From assembly GCF_009914755.1 (NCBI RefSeq), contig NC_060936.1: a stretch of DNA of 64,000 nt; one strand, 5' to 3'. Of this stretch, positions 18,414-34,104 are shown in pieces. The notes under the pieces are model-generated. The model was not told the DNA's origin, made no database searches, and saw only the letters and a list, made by a program, of their open reading frames with translations. The number at the start of each line of letters is the position of its first letter. Position 1 is the stretch's first letter. The DNA is from the human T2T-CHM13v2.0 reference genome, Homo sapiens. A program made the translations under genes and the position numbers.

Positions 18414-19191
18414 TAGTCAGGGCTTAAATTATCAAGATCTTGGGTGATTACTTTGAGGCTTCTGAGCAGATGAGAACGTATGACCGATGCCTGAACATAA
18501 GGCTGCCTTGGTAGGAGGCTAAAAATCCTGTGACTCTACAGAAATCGGTTACAGAAGTCTAATTATTTGTGTTCACTAGTAATTCTGTGTTGTTTTAGAA
18601 CTAGCTTTAAAATGAGGAAATACTTAATTTAATGATCACTACCCACGTACTGTGTTTCTGTGACTATTTGTTGGTGTTTCTGTGAAAACAACAGCAGCCG
18701 CTTGTTACTGCAGAAATGGTCCCTTTGGAAATCAGCAGCACTTCGTTTAACGCTGGCATTTTTGTTGCGTGTCTCCCCAGAAATGCTTGGCTTAATATTC
18801 TTACAATAGGGGAAAAAAAAAAAAAAAAAAGCAATAAAAGCTTTTGAAGCCAAATGCCCCTTAAAAAAACTGCTGATGGGGAAATCTTTTCTCACACAGA
18901 AAGAGATTTCAGTTAAGATGATCAAATAAAATAAGCTATATTTAAAGTTTCTGGCTCTTTCGTTTACCTTAGTCAAATAAAGCTTGTGTATTTTAGAGAT
19001 GAAATCAAAGGTCATTCTTCTGATAGAGACAGATTCTGGGGATTGTCTCCTATTTGGGAAGCCATTTTAGCAGTGACTTCAGCCTTGGCAGGTGATAATG
19101 CTGTTCAAGTCATATTCAGTAAAGGGAAGAGTTCCAAAATCTTTCATTTCTGTACTGAAGATCCTATGCTTGCAATATGTATAAGGCATTA

Positions 19192-19504
<313 letters not shown>

Positions 19505-19755
19505 CTAAAACATTCATTTGTCAACAAAGGAATGTATGTGTTGGAGGGAGTCAACAACCAAGAATTAGAGTAATTGAAGTTGGTTTTTTTCTTCCACATA
19601 TTTCCCTTGGTAGAATCTATCCCTGTGTGATAGCATTAACTCTCATCTGTTTCATACCAAACTAAAGGCTACATAATCTAAATGCATTTGAGCTAATCCT
19701 TCAACTTTGCTACCTTCATCATAATTGCCAATAAGTTGTAAATATAGCTGGCTTG

Positions 19756-19877
19756 AGCCAGGCATAGTGGTGCATACATGTAGTCCTAATTTCTTGGGGG
19801 GCTAAGGCAGGAGGATCGCTGGAGCCCAGGAGTTCAAGTTCAGCCTGGGCAACATAGTGAGACCCCATCTCCTAAAA
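19756..19877 (+). mobile_element. FLAM monomer
   Basis: Single arm followed by AT microsatellite. Confidence 0.8.
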
Positions 19878-19996
19878 CATATATATATGTTTTATGTATA
19901 AATATATATGTACTAAATATGTTTTATATGAAAATATTTTTATATTAAATACATATATAATTTAAGCCATATATATATATATATATATATGTATAT
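19878..19996. repeat. (TA)n-rich low-complexity tract
   Basis: Direct reading. Confidence 0.9.
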
Positions 19997-20122
19997 GAGG
20001 CTTAAAATTTACTTTAGTCATTTCCCCTGCTCACCTCTGCTCATTCTTCCTTTAGTGCCCAATCCAAATGTCACCTCCTCTGAGGCCTCACTTTCCTGTT
20101 CTCAGTCATCCTCCATGAATAA

Positions 20123-20574
<452 letters not shown>

Positions 20575-21739
20575 TAGTACCTGCCGTTATAGAAGGTTTT
20601 TATAAATAGTTGTTGAAGGAAAGAAAGTCATGTGTTGAGCACTCTGATGGGACAAAGGATAGAGAAGGAGTCAGTCCCTACTCTCAAAGAGCATACAATA
20701 TAGTGAGCCAGAAAAGACCTGGGCATAAATACAATGCAAGAATGTGTGTGACAGATGGCATTGCTAGTAAGACATTTGAGAAAGGCCTCAGTGAATGCTG
20801 GGAGGACCTTCCAAACAATAGACCTGCATCAGCAAAGGAAGAAAAAACATGAGGTTTCTTTAAGTTGCCCAGGTGATGTTAGGTAGGTGTCAAAAAGCGG
20901 TGGGAGATAAGGTTGGAAATCTGGCTGGGCCTGAGTGGTTGAAGGTCAGAAGCTTTGGAAATTCTTCTTCAACTGATAGAGATCCACTAACAGTCTCTTA
21001 AGCACCAACAGTGGTGTGGAAAAGGTGGGTTGTCATTGTCTTTGAGGGTAAAATGTAACTGGATTGTTGAGAAGAAAGTGGACAAGAATCCTGACTAATT
21101 TTCATGGCCCATTCCCTCAGCTACTGAATAGAGAGCAGGAGAAAGACATTATCACAGCAATGTTTTAAAAAGATAATTTTTCCAGGATGCAAGGAAGGAC
21201 ATTTGGATGAGAGGGAGGAGGCAGGGAGACCAGGTGGGAAGCTAGATGTTATAAAGGCCTGAAGAAATGCTGTGGAGGTCAAAGGAAGGGGATGTGCAAA
21301 GGAAAGGGTTACTGTGAGAACTCCATCACAGTTAATTAATTGAAAGGGACCTGGTTTGGTTAGGGGGAGGGGGACAGAGGCAAGATGACAAGTTGTGTTT
21401 CAGATATAATATATGTAAGGTGCTAGAAACACAACCAGGAGGAGATTTCCATCAGATCATTGGAGATGTGTGAAAAGAACGTGAGGGAGAGACAGGGACA
21501 GAGAGAAATTTGGCAGCTCTTGACAAAAAGGGATGGATGGCAAAAGCTACATGACTCCACTCATCCCATGAAGATGAAGGGGATCCTAGCTGGAAAATTC
21601 CAGGACCAAACCTTAGGAGAAGCCTTCATTTAGGAGGCAGAAGGAACACAGCCAGCAAAAATGGTCAAAGGTGATAAATGTCATGTTATGTGAACTTTAA
21701 CACAATAAAAAACACACTGGGGGAGAAAAAGAGGCCCAT

Positions 21740-22215
21740 TAGCTACCACTCCCTTCCCTTCCATCCCCGGCCTCCCAGCCCCCAGTGCTCACCAATCTAC
21801 TTTCTGTCTCCATGAGTTTGCCTGTTCTGGATGCTGTACATGGATGGAATAATGATGTCATTTGAGGTCTTTTGTGTCTTTCATTTGGCATAGTGTTTTT
21901 AAGGTTTGTCCATGTTGTGGCTGGCTTCACTACTTAATTTCGTTGACAAATAATATTCCATTCTAGGGATATGCCACATTTTGGTTTTTGTTTTGGGGGG
22001 ATGGGGTCTCGCTATGTTGCCCAGGTTGGTCTCAAACTCCTGGCTTCAAGTAATCCTCCCACCTCAGCCTCTCAAGTAGCTGGGATTACATCTGTGAGCC
22101 ACAGCACACAGCTCTGATATGCCACATTTTGTTTATCTATCTGTCAGTTGATGGATATTTGGGTTGTTTCCACCTTTTGGTATTATAAATAATGCTGCAA
22201 TAAACATTCCTGTAC
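21740..22215 (-). mobile_element. L1M 3' fragment with nested antisense FLAM (about 21984-22112)
   Basis: aatctactttctgtctccatg...taatattccattctag; FLAM flanked by TSD gatatgccacatttt. Confidence 0.8.
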
Positions 22216-23257
22216 AAAAAAGATAGATATTAAGAATCATCATATGAGAAGGTTATCAATGAACATGAAGCCAAAATTAGTAGGAAAAAAAGTTATAAAG
22301 GTGTGTCAGGCAATTACTGAGTAAAAACATTATTTTCCTTTATTGTGTAATGGTTTTGTATTTGTCAGCTATTAAAATTTTATATTATATCGTATTTTCT
22401 ACTGCAAATTCGTATTCACATGTATACCTTAAAAAAATGGCATTAGGAATCTAGGAGAACCAGGAACATAAGGTCTAAGGAAGCCAAGCGGGGTGTAGTT
22501 TCTAGAGAGGTGGTCAGGAAGTACAGAGAGTTCAAGGACAATGGAGATGGAGCAAACACCTGTGTATCTCATGACTAAGAAATCACCAATGACTTTCAAG
22601 AGGGCACTTCCAGGTGAAATACAGGACAAAACCACAAGTCTAGGCGGCTGAAAATTCAAATGCTTACAAGAAGGATACTCTGACAACCTGGTGACCACAT
22701 GCCCCACCCAAAGGTAGTGGCTAGCGGCTGTACCCACATCATTGTTGCCATGTAGAAAAGGTGGCTCAGACCAGTCAGCTGTGTGACCTTTATGGAAAAG
22801 TCTGGAATCCTCATTTTTAAGTGAAATTTCCCACTTTTAAAAACACCGTGAAGGTTGAGTAGAACACCCCTATAGGCTCTATCTGGTATTTGAGCTACCA
22901 GTTCTAGCAACCCCTGCTTTAAGGGCTTGCTTTGAGGCATTGACAACAGGACAGGAATCTTTTGAAATGTAAGACAGTGCAAGGGTATCCAGTCTGATGG
23001 GTGTGTTATGGTTGGGAGGAGACCAGAGTGCTAATAGGTATCAAAGGGAAGATAGAAGATTCTGGCGAGAGAGGTCCAAGAAGGGGGTGGAGGATGTGAG
23101 ATCCTTAGGGAGAAGGGAGACCTTTTCCTTTGAGATGAGTGGGATGAAGAGAGTGAGCAACAGAAATGTTAGGTGTTGAGAATGAGGGTCAAAGTGAATG
23201 AAGGAACATCGAAGACCCTGAAATTAGTGTCTCAGTGAACTCTAAATAGAAGTAAAG

Positions 23258-24026
23258 CTCTCTCAGGTCCTCACTTCCAAGATGACAAAGAAAAGAAGAA
23301 ACAGTGGCCAGGTGCAGTGGCTCACGCCTGTAATCCCAGCACTTTCAGAGGCTGAGGTGGGCAGATCACTTGAGTCCATAAGTTCAAGACCAGCCTGGCC
23401 AACATGGAAAAACCCTGTCCATACAAAAAATACAAAGATAGCTGGCTGTGGTGGCGCATGCCTATAGTCCTAGCTATGTGGGAGGCTGAGGTGGGAGGAT
23501 CACTACAGCCCCGGACGTCAAGGCTGCAGTGAGCCAAGATGGCGCCACTGCACTCCAGCCTGGGTGACAAAGCGAGACCCTGTCTCAAAAAAAAAAAAAA
23601 AAAAAAAAAAAACAAGAAAAAGAAAAGAAGAAACTGATTGTGCCAAAAAGGGCCAAGGCCACACACAGCCTGTTCCCTGTACAACTGCACCCAATGTGTG
23701 CCCAAGGACAAGGCCATTAAGTTCGTCATTAAAAACAAAGTAGAGGCCATAGCCATCAGGGCCATTTCTGAAGTGAGTGTCTTTAACACCTGTGCTTCCC
23801 AGCTGTATGAGAAACTGCATTGTGATATGAGTTGTGCCATTCATGGAAAAGTAGTCAGGAGTCATTCTCATGAAGCCCAGAAGGATCCAATACCCCTCCC
23901 TGATTTAGACCTAATGGTGCTGTTCCATGACCTCCGTGAAAGCCCGTATAAGGTGTTTTCAGTCTTAAGGATGGAAAACTATCCTCTGGAAAAAAATGAA
24001 ATAGCAATTATACTTTGTTAAAAAAG
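23258..24026 (+). pseudogene. RPS26 (40S ribosomal protein eS26) processed pseudogene, Alu-interrupted and frameshifted
   Basis: 5' UTR-like ctctctcaggtcc...ccaagATG at 23282 (MTKKRRN); after the Alu: [12 protein letters not shown]...EVSVF...LHC...SCAIH.KVVR; TAA at 23949-23951; 3' UTR-like ctctggaaaaaaatgaaatagcaattatactt; no introns. Confidence 0.95.
23306..23618 (+). mobile_element. AluJb-like, inserted in the RPS26 pseudogene
   Basis: TSD aaagaaaagaagaaac at 23287-23302 and 23619-23634. Confidence 0.95.
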
Positions 24027-24739
24027 TAGACATTGAGATCATCTGCTGAGGATGAGAGAGACAAAGCCTGGGCTTTATGCTGTGGCAGGGTGAGGAGTGT
24101 CTGAAATGGTCCCCAGGGTCAGGATCTAACCAGCAACAAATCAAACCAATAAAGACCTGGTTGAGTTTGAAAGCACACAACCATAGGGATTTTTCACTTA
24201 ATCGTCACTTTTTAAGTGGCTGCTTCATTCTGGGTACCGGGCTAAACTCTAGAGATTTCCAGTCAAGTAAAGGAGATAGATGAAGAAACAAGTAATTACC
24301 ACAGGGCTGTATATGTCATAAAAGGGGTATAAACAGGGCACTTTTGAGAAAACAGAAGAGGAACATCCTGGAAGGCTTTCTGAGGAGGAGGCATTTAAGT
24401 TTATATTTGAAAGATAAGTTGTAGTTGCTAAGAAAACAATGTGGAAAGCCAGAAGAGACAATCTATACAAAGCACTAGAAGGAGCAACAAGCATGGGGCA
24501 TTCCGGGAATCTCAGCTAATTCCACAGATCTGAAACAGAGTGCCTTGGCAGATTAGGAGGGGGTGAAGTTGAAGAGCTGACACGAAGAAGCATAAATAGT
24601 CATGGAACTTGGACTTGCCCTATAGACAAGAAAGAGCCATAGAAGAATTTCAGGCATAACAGTGACATCATCAGTTTGTTAGAAAGAACACACTGGCTTC
24701 ATCAACGAGGAGGCCAATTTTGATGTGCAATTATGAACC

Positions 24740-25200
24740 CAGCCCCAAAAGAAACATCTTGCTGGATCTAACTAAATCATGGCACTCTTAATCTCTTTAT
24801 CCACTAATTAATCTAGGGTGGGGACATGCAACCCAGTTCTGGTCAATGGGGTATAAATGGATGTCTAAGGGAGCCTCTGGGAAAGAGTTATTTGGTAACA
24901 GAGAAATGCTTGAGAAGAAAGCATTTTATTGTCCCCTTGCTTCCTTCTCTTTCTAGATATTACTCTATGAAGATGTAATGTTTGGAGCTGCAGCGATCAT
25001 TTTGGAATCATGAGGCAATCAACCTAAGAATGAAAGCCAACAAGTTGAAGAAAGCAGGACAGAATAAAGACCCTGGATTCTTGGTGACACTTTTGGTTTC
25101 CAAAACTACTCTGAGATGGCCAGCTTTGAACTTACCAAGTCAATAATGAAAGCTTGTATGGTTTAAATCATGATTAGTTGGCTTTTTTGTTAATTGCCAC
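24740..25200 (-). mobile_element. Old ERVL-type LTR (LTR16/LTR33-like)
   Basis: gggtggggacatgcaacccagttctggtcaatg...ggagctgcagcgatcattttggaatcatgagg. Confidence 0.6.
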
Positions 25201-25469
25201 AATGCCTTATATGTGGCCATCACAGTAGAAAATTGAGGGAGCGAAAGATCCTAACATGCTACAGGGGTCACTCAGAGATAGCCTCATTTCCATACTCAGG
25301 AGACAGGATGCATACTCTTGGTTAATCTTCTGTGTGTCTCATTAGTCTTTATCCTTCCCTTCCATAGTCTCAGCTGAATCAGATGAAGCTACTTTATTCA
25401 TCTACATTTTCTTCTTTGTTGCTTTCCTTGTTCTCTCCCAGACGGAATTCATTTTTCTCATTTAAAGTC

Positions 25470-26178
<709 letters not shown>

Positions 26179-26399
26179 GGGTCTTAGTATTTATTACAAT
26201 AAATTGTAGTTCATTCGGAGGCCAGAGACTCTGTTTTCTTTATCTTAGTGCTTATGGCAGAAAGACTGGCAAATATTAATAATAGGTCCTCAGAAAGTGT
26301 GTTTTAAATGGAATTTTGAGAAAGGGGCCTGAATAACAATAAGGACAATCGTGAGCTTTTTCATGAGCTTCCCCAGATTTGCCTGACTGGCTTCTGAGC

Positions 26400-27648
<1,249 letters not shown>

Positions 27649-28321
27649 TAACCAGGGATGCCAAAACAGCACAGGATTTCTAAACATTCTATTTGTTTAA
27701 GGAAACCATTATCTATGGGGGCATTTTGTGAAAAATCAATCTGTTCATTTTAAAAATAATCTTAGAAGAGGTGAAGTGAGGTCTCAAGGGTAGCAGATTA
27801 ACTCCTAGGATAAGCAAACATTTAATTGTCCTTAATTTTAAACATTATCAGTTTGAGCTTGATCATGATTCCTTTAAAGTGGCTTTATTTCTCAACACAT
27901 CAAGCATGTGTTGACAAGTTTCTTGAAAGAGAGTTGGAATAATAATTGAAAGAAAGATAATTATTCTTTGCTTGATGTTTGGCTATCTTAATGCCATCTA
28001 ATGTCAATAAAAGTTACAGCAAATGCCCTAAGAGTATCTGAGTTATTTTCTTGTGATGGATATGAAACACTATATTACTTTTAAGCATTATTCTGTTTGT
28101 CACAGATTTCTTTTTGATGCAGTTAAATTTGTTTTATATTAAATACATGTAGAAGTTAAATATAATTAATAGAAATATCCTTAGGGGAAAAAATAAGGTT
28201 TGAATTTCGGTGGCAGCATAATCAGCTTGGATTTGTGGATGCCTCTGCCTGTAGGGGTCTGGAATCATTAACCCAAATAAATGAAAAGCATAATTTACGG
28301 TAGAGATATTAACCTACTTAA

Positions 28322-28367
28322 TCTTACCTGACATAAGAAACAAAGTAAAAAAAAAAAAATGTTAGTG
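28322..28367 (-). other. Candidate recursive splice site (branch point, pyrimidine tract, CAG|GTAAGA)
   Basis: Minus strand CACTAACa(t)13actttgtttcttatgtCAG|GTAAGA with no AG between branch point and junction (28328/28327). Confidence 0.4.
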
Positions 28368-28671
28368 TATTGCTAAACCACCCAGAACAGAAACACATAT
28401 ACAAACTGAAAAAGAAAAAAGAGTAACTATTGGGTCTGGAAAGGACCCGCAGGGGAATTGTACAAGTTGAGAACCTACCAAGATAAAAATGGAGTACAAG
28501 AAACCTGGCAAAGATGACAATCTTGATAATTTGAATCTCAAATGATTTGATCATACTTTCCTGAGAAATACCCCATATGAGACTAGGAAATAATAGCATT
28601 CATACTGAAATATGTACATCTTAAATGCAGTCAGCTCTCAACCATCCCACTAATTGATGAGAGTATAGTGG

Positions 28672-28993
28672 GGCCAGGCAAGGCAGCTCACATCTGTAAT
28701 CCCAGCACTTTGGGAGGCCAAAGCAGGAGGATCACTTGAAGCCAGGAGTTCGAGACCAGCCTAGGCAGCATAGCAAGACCCCGTCTCTACATAAAAACTA
28801 AAACATTAGCTGGGTGTGTCTGATGGCACAAGCCTGTAGTCCTTGCTACTTAGGAGGCTGAGGTGGGAGGATCACTTGAGCCCAGGAGTTTGAGGCCTCA
28901 GTGAGCTGTTATTATGCCACTGCATTCTGACCTGGGCAACAGAGTGAGACCTTATCTCTAAAACAAAAAAATTAATAAATAAATAAAAAAGAA
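28672..28993 (+). mobile_element. AluJ
   Basis: TSD agagtatagtgg. Confidence 0.95.
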
Positions 28994-29359
28994 ATTAGAG
29001 TATAGTGGGCCCAAAATCAATCAGCAAATTTGTTAAATGCTAACTATGAGGATTAAAAAGGAGACTTTTGCCAAAAAAAACACTGCCCGGGTTCCTCCAG
29101 CTGTGCTCCCTGATCAAACTGGAAATTGCCAATGCCATTTACAACCTGCTTTATTCTTGAGCTTGCCTACTTTCCAGCCCCTCTGGAAAAGGAAAGATAA
29201 GAAGAAGTAGGGAGGGAATGGTAAGGGGGTAGGATGGTTCAGGGAGCAGAATTTTAAGAAGGCAATGGCCAGTGATCAAGTGTTGTTCTAAAACAAGAGG
29301 AATAAAGAAAGCCTTTGGTTACTTAGAAACAGTCATGATGTTCTTCAAAAGAGTAGTTT

Positions 29360-30290
29360 CAGACATTCCAACTTCTGGCCATAATGAAGTAGCTGGAACT
29401 GGAATTCACCTTGAAGAACTAGAAAAACAGACAAAATATGTGAAACAGCTGTTTCCAGACTTTGGATGATAGGTAATATGGGACTGTGATCCCTGAGATA
29501 ATGCGGCCTTAAGATCCCCCGGGCTTTCTGCCTGAAGACACATGTCTAGTGATGCAGCAGGGAAGGGCACCTGTGTAAGACACAATGGTCTTATTGAGTT
29601 GAGGAGACCAAGATCAGAATTCAGGAGGGTTGAGGTAGCTGGAAATTGTAGGGCAGAGTTGCAGAGTTTCTCTCTCAGAAAGAGAGTTCCAGAAATCTGC
29701 ATGGTGTCATTTTGAGCCTTTGCTGAATATGGTGAAACTCCATTGAGCGAAGAGAGATTGCGAACTGAACAGCAGTTCCTGAGCTTACGAAGGGCTGGGA
29801 ATTGCTCAAGGGCTGACCAGCCAGAGGGGAGTGTCCTCACTGATCACTCGGAGCATTCAGTGAAAGCACTAGAAGGGCCATGCCTTGGAAATGTTACTAA
29901 ACTGTTCCTAGGATAAAAGCTACTTTAGGTCTGCCCTAACAAAGCTTGAAAACAAATCCCAAAAGGGCCAAACTAAACCACAAGTACCTTTCTGCCTGCC
30001 ACTACAAAACACGACAGTCTTTGAAGGAAGATGTAAGATCTAGACACTCAATAATATAAAACTGACAATGTTCAGCATCCAATAAAAAATGACTAAACAA
30101 GTCAAGAAGCAGAAATATGTGACCCATAACCAGAAAAATAATCACTCAAAGGAAACAGACCCAGAAATGACAGATACAGAATTAGCAGAGAAGAATATTA
30201 AAACACCTATTATAATTATTGTTGACTATTTAAATGAAAACATGAACAAAGTGAGGAAAGAAATTGAAGGCATTAAAAAAAGAGAGAGAG
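29360..30290 (+). mobile_element. Old L1M 5' UTR and ORF1 N-terminal remnant
   Basis: acttctggccataatg...gacccataacca...gaaacagacccagaaatgacagat...gaattagcaga; explains ORF 30089-30409. Confidence 0.75.
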
Positions 30291-30830
30291 AGAAGTTTCA
30301 GGAGAATGACACCATACTGAAAAAAGAAAGGAGTGAAGAAGACAAAATTAAGGTAGAGAACAAAGACCATTTATTCAAGAAGTATAGCTGGAAAGACAGA
30401 AAGGGGTAGCAAGGCAAAGGCTAGGCAGCTGTTGGTTGGTTTTCTTAGAAAAAAAAAGAGAAAAGCAAAAAAGAAAAGCAAAAGAGGACGCAGCTGAGAA
30501 AGCAAGCTTTAATTGTTAGAGGAAATTATGTGAGGTTAATGGTTCTAGGAAGCTTTAGGAGAGAACTTATCTCTGAAGAGAAGAGGGATGATTTTATCCT
30601 GAGATAATTGAAAGAGGTAAACATAAAATAGAGACAGAAAGTTCAAGGGAATTAAACAAGGCCAGGTTAACTAAGGGAGTTTCAGTAAACAGGAAGCAAA
30701 ATCCTTCACTAAGAGGTGACAGGATTGGGAAGAGCAATGTGTGAAAAAAAAAAAAAAAAAAAATGAGAAGGGAGAACCTGAACCAGAGACTGTGGGAAAC
30801 AAGCCTCAGAGAAAATGTAAGAGATGAATA

Positions 30831-31113
30831 ATGAAATCCCAGCACTTTGGGAGTCCAAGGCAGGCCAATTGCTTGAGCCCAGGAATTCGAGACCAGCTTG
30901 GGCAACATAGTAAGACCCCCATCTCTACTAAAAATAAAAAAATAAAAATTAGCCAGGCATGGTGGCGCATGCCTGTAGTCCCATGTAGTGAGGTGGGAGG
31001 ATCATTTGATCCTGGGAGGTTGAGGCTACGGTGTGCTGTGATCATGCCACTGCTCTCCAGCCTGGGGGCAGAGTAAGACCCTGTCTCAAAAACAAAAATG
31101 AAAATATAAAAAA
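30831..31113 (+). mobile_element. AluJ, slightly 5'-truncated
   Basis: TSD aagagatgartaa. Confidence 0.9.
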
Positions 31114-31749
31114 GAGATGAGTAAGAGGATTGCAAAGGTATAACCCCGTTTTCCCAACACTGTCAATTAATTAGATGCCAGAATTCATAGAAGGAAACCA
31201 TTAAATGCAAAGGAGGAGTGATTTGAGTTTAAATGTTAAAAAGAAAACTACTGTCCTTTTTATTTAAGTGTGCTAAATCCTAGTGAACTTTCTGGAGGAA
31301 TAATGATGCCAAAGGAGGAGAATTGTGAAGAAACAGTGGCCTAGGAAAGAAGGAAAATAAGTGGGAAAAACTTTGGATCCGTCAGACAAGAATAGAATGG
31401 CTGTAATCTTTAGACTACTAAAATTTTATTTTTATAAAACTACGTTTGTGAACTTGGATAATAAATCTGTGTATAACTGACAATTGGTTGTAATAAAAAT
31501 GACAAAGTCAGTTACATTTCTGTGTTGTATAGTAAGGTGAATTGGGTCAGGACCCAGAAGACCTAATGTTGTGTGTGACTTCTGACCCTGGCCATCTTTA
31601 TGGGCTAACCATTAAATTCTCTGAGTTTGTTTCTACATGTACAAAATGAGCAAAATGCTAGTTATGCCTACTCCATAGGAATTTGCACAAATCAAATGAG
31701 AGTATAAATGAAAACACTTTGCATGCTGCTAAATGCTATAAAACAAGAT

Positions 31750-32300
31750 CTGTCTAGACCTTTTTTGGGCTATCTATCCAGCTTGCAGTGACTCTTCTTT
31801 CTCTGAGTGTTGGCTTTCCAGCCACTGGGACGCCTCTACCTCTAGATAGATAGAAGATTTACTCTATCACTCCACCCACCTACCCACAATTAACTAGACC
31901 AGGATTAAACATCTGATCCTAGATGAGTCCATCAGATTCTCCCTCCTGAGAATTTAGAATTGGGGCCAAGACTATTCAATTTGGACTGATTGCTTGAACA
32001 GAAATGTAACCTTTGGAGCACTGAGTTGGTCATCTGCTGCTGGCCGAGGGCATGGTGCCACAGAGAAAGCCAGCTGCAGAGAGAATGAAGCCGACAGGCA
32101 CGGGGAGGCTCTGATAAGAAGAAGAGAGGGAACGGAGCCATCTGACAGCCGTGCACTTCCCGGGTCTTCCTTCTAAGGCCTGATGGCTTTACTGACCTGA
32201 GAGTCTGTAAACCACTCCTGTGTCCTATGAATAGAATCTCTTTCATTTTCATAATCTGGCTCATATGTTTTTCTGTAATTTTCAACGGAAGATTTCAACT
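31750..32300 (-). mobile_element. Old ERV-type LTR remnant
   Basis: ccatcagattctccctcctgagaattt...gagagaatgaagccgaca; a similar motif lies at about 5950-5990. Confidence 0.45.
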
Positions 32301-32307
32301 AAGGCAG

Positions 32308-32745
32308 TGTAGTGGATTGAATAGTGCCCCTCCAGACTCATGTCTCCCAGAACCTCAGAGTGTGACTTTATTTGGAAATAGAGTCTGCAGATATAATTAG
32401 TTACGTTAAAATGAGGTAAGACTGGATTAGAGTGGGCTTGAATCCAATGACTGGTGTCCTTATAAGAAAAAAAGAAGACAGACAGAAATACACACAGAGA
32501 AGAAGCCCATATGAAGACACAGGATGGAGAAATTGGCTTTCTGCTGCCACAGGCCAGAGAATGCCTGGGGCCACCAGAAGTTTGAAGAAGCAAAGAAGGA
32601 TTCTCCCCTACAGACTTCAGAAGGAGCACGGCCTGCTGATAACTGTAGACCTCCAGCCTCCAGAACTGTGAGAGGATATGTATCTGTTATTTTAAGCCAC
32701 CCAGTTTGTGGTACTTAGTTACAGCAGCCCTAGGGAAGTAATAAT
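32308..32745 (+). mobile_element. MLT1 solo LTR
   Basis: tgtagtggattgaatagtg...ccagcctccagaactgtgag...gcagccctagg. Confidence 0.85.
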
Positions 32746-33257
32746 AGAAGCACTAGAATAGGAGCGTTGACCTCAAAACTGCTCTTTTCAAACTACACTC
32801 TACAGTGAGGAGAACGCTTTGTTGTTCTTAAGTGCCTCCTAGGCCCACAGCCCGCTTCTGAGAAACAGGCTGCTAGTGGCTTATTCTCTGTTGTCATATT
32901 TCTTGCCGTATAAAACCAACCCTACTACCCTAGCCACGTTTGTTTGGAGCCAAAGTCCCCTGGGACTGAGCTAGTCAGAAGGAGGCCAAAAAGGACTTCG
33001 GGTGTCAAACTGCCCAATAGGGACACTCAACCAGGAAATAGGAATACTAGATAAACAAAGTGTAGTTATCCCAATCCATGCTGAGCCTTTATTCTTTTTC
33101 TCCATGAGCCTGTACACATCCCTGGGAAGCTCTGAGACCAAGACTGGCTGCCCAGCTAAGGAGGCGAAGGACATCCCATGCTGCCCCATGAACCCTGGCA
33201 ATGAACACCCATTATTGGGATTATCTGGGTATATTATCCTGTTCCAACCTGCTTTAG

Positions 33258-33632
33258 TCAACACGGGCTACCATAACAAAATACCATAGATTGGGTGGCT
33301 TAAACAACAGAAATGTCTCACATTTCTGGAGGCTGGGAAGTCCCAGATCAGGTGCCAGTCAATTCCTGTTGAACAGTCTCTTCCCAGCTTGCAGAGGGCC
33401 ACCTTCTCGTCGTGTCCTCACATGGCCTTTCCTCAGCACGGGGCGAGAGAGAGAGACATTGCTCTCTTCCGCTTCTTATAAGGTCGTCAATTTTCTTAGA
33501 TTAGGATCTTACCCTTATGACTCTGTTTAACCTCATTTACCTCCCAAAAGCCTTATCTCCAAATACAATTATATTGGGGGTTAGGACTTCAACATATGAA
33601 TTTGGGGTGGGGGTACAATTCCGTTTACAGCA
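33258..33632 (-). mobile_element. MLT1A-like solo LTR
   Basis: ccataacaaaataccatagattgggtggcttaaacaacagaaat...ttcaacatatgaattt. Confidence 0.85.
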
Positions 33633-34059
33633 AATCTTAAAGGATCTAACTAATGTAGGCTAGGCTAAAGGTCCTCGTGTATGTATGTAACTGCCACACA
33701 GGCTTAATATGTGTTTTTGAGGAGTGGGGAGGAAGCCCAGAAAACATTCCCTAAACTTTGCTCCTGCTTCCTCCTCCCCTACACCCTGGTGGTACCAGAG
33801 GAAACCCCAAGTCCTCTGAGAATGTTTGCTGGGGAGCTTGTTTCATGGGATTGGCCCTGTCCTGAAGAAGGCAAAATGTATTCTGGGTGTATGTGCACAG
33901 GGTCAAATTTATTTTTTCCCTTTAACATCTTGTTAGAATATTTTCACCAAACAGCTGACTCATTCATAATTCTAAAGCAGGAGTCACACTGAAAGACAAT
34001 CTCAGATAATTTTTGTCACCTCACAAAGACACAAAGTGCTTCTAATTATGTAAACAAGG

Positions 34060-34060
<1 letters not shown>

Positions 34061-34102
<42 letters not shown>
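34061..34102. repeat. (TG)21 microsatellite
   Basis: Direct reading. Confidence 0.95.

Positions 34103-34104
<2 letters not shown>

Noticed and set aside
18733-18750. cagcagcac resembling the miR-15/16/497 seed
   Set aside because: No surrounding pre-miRNA hairpin or match to a mature sequence
23638-24021. 127-aa ORF with RPS26 similarity as a functional gene
   Set aside because: Native start is cut off by the Alu, the copy is frameshifted at both ends, and many conserved residues are lost
30089-30409. Charged, coiled-coil-like 106-aa ORF
   Set aside because: Decayed L1 ORF1 N-terminus running into A-rich flank
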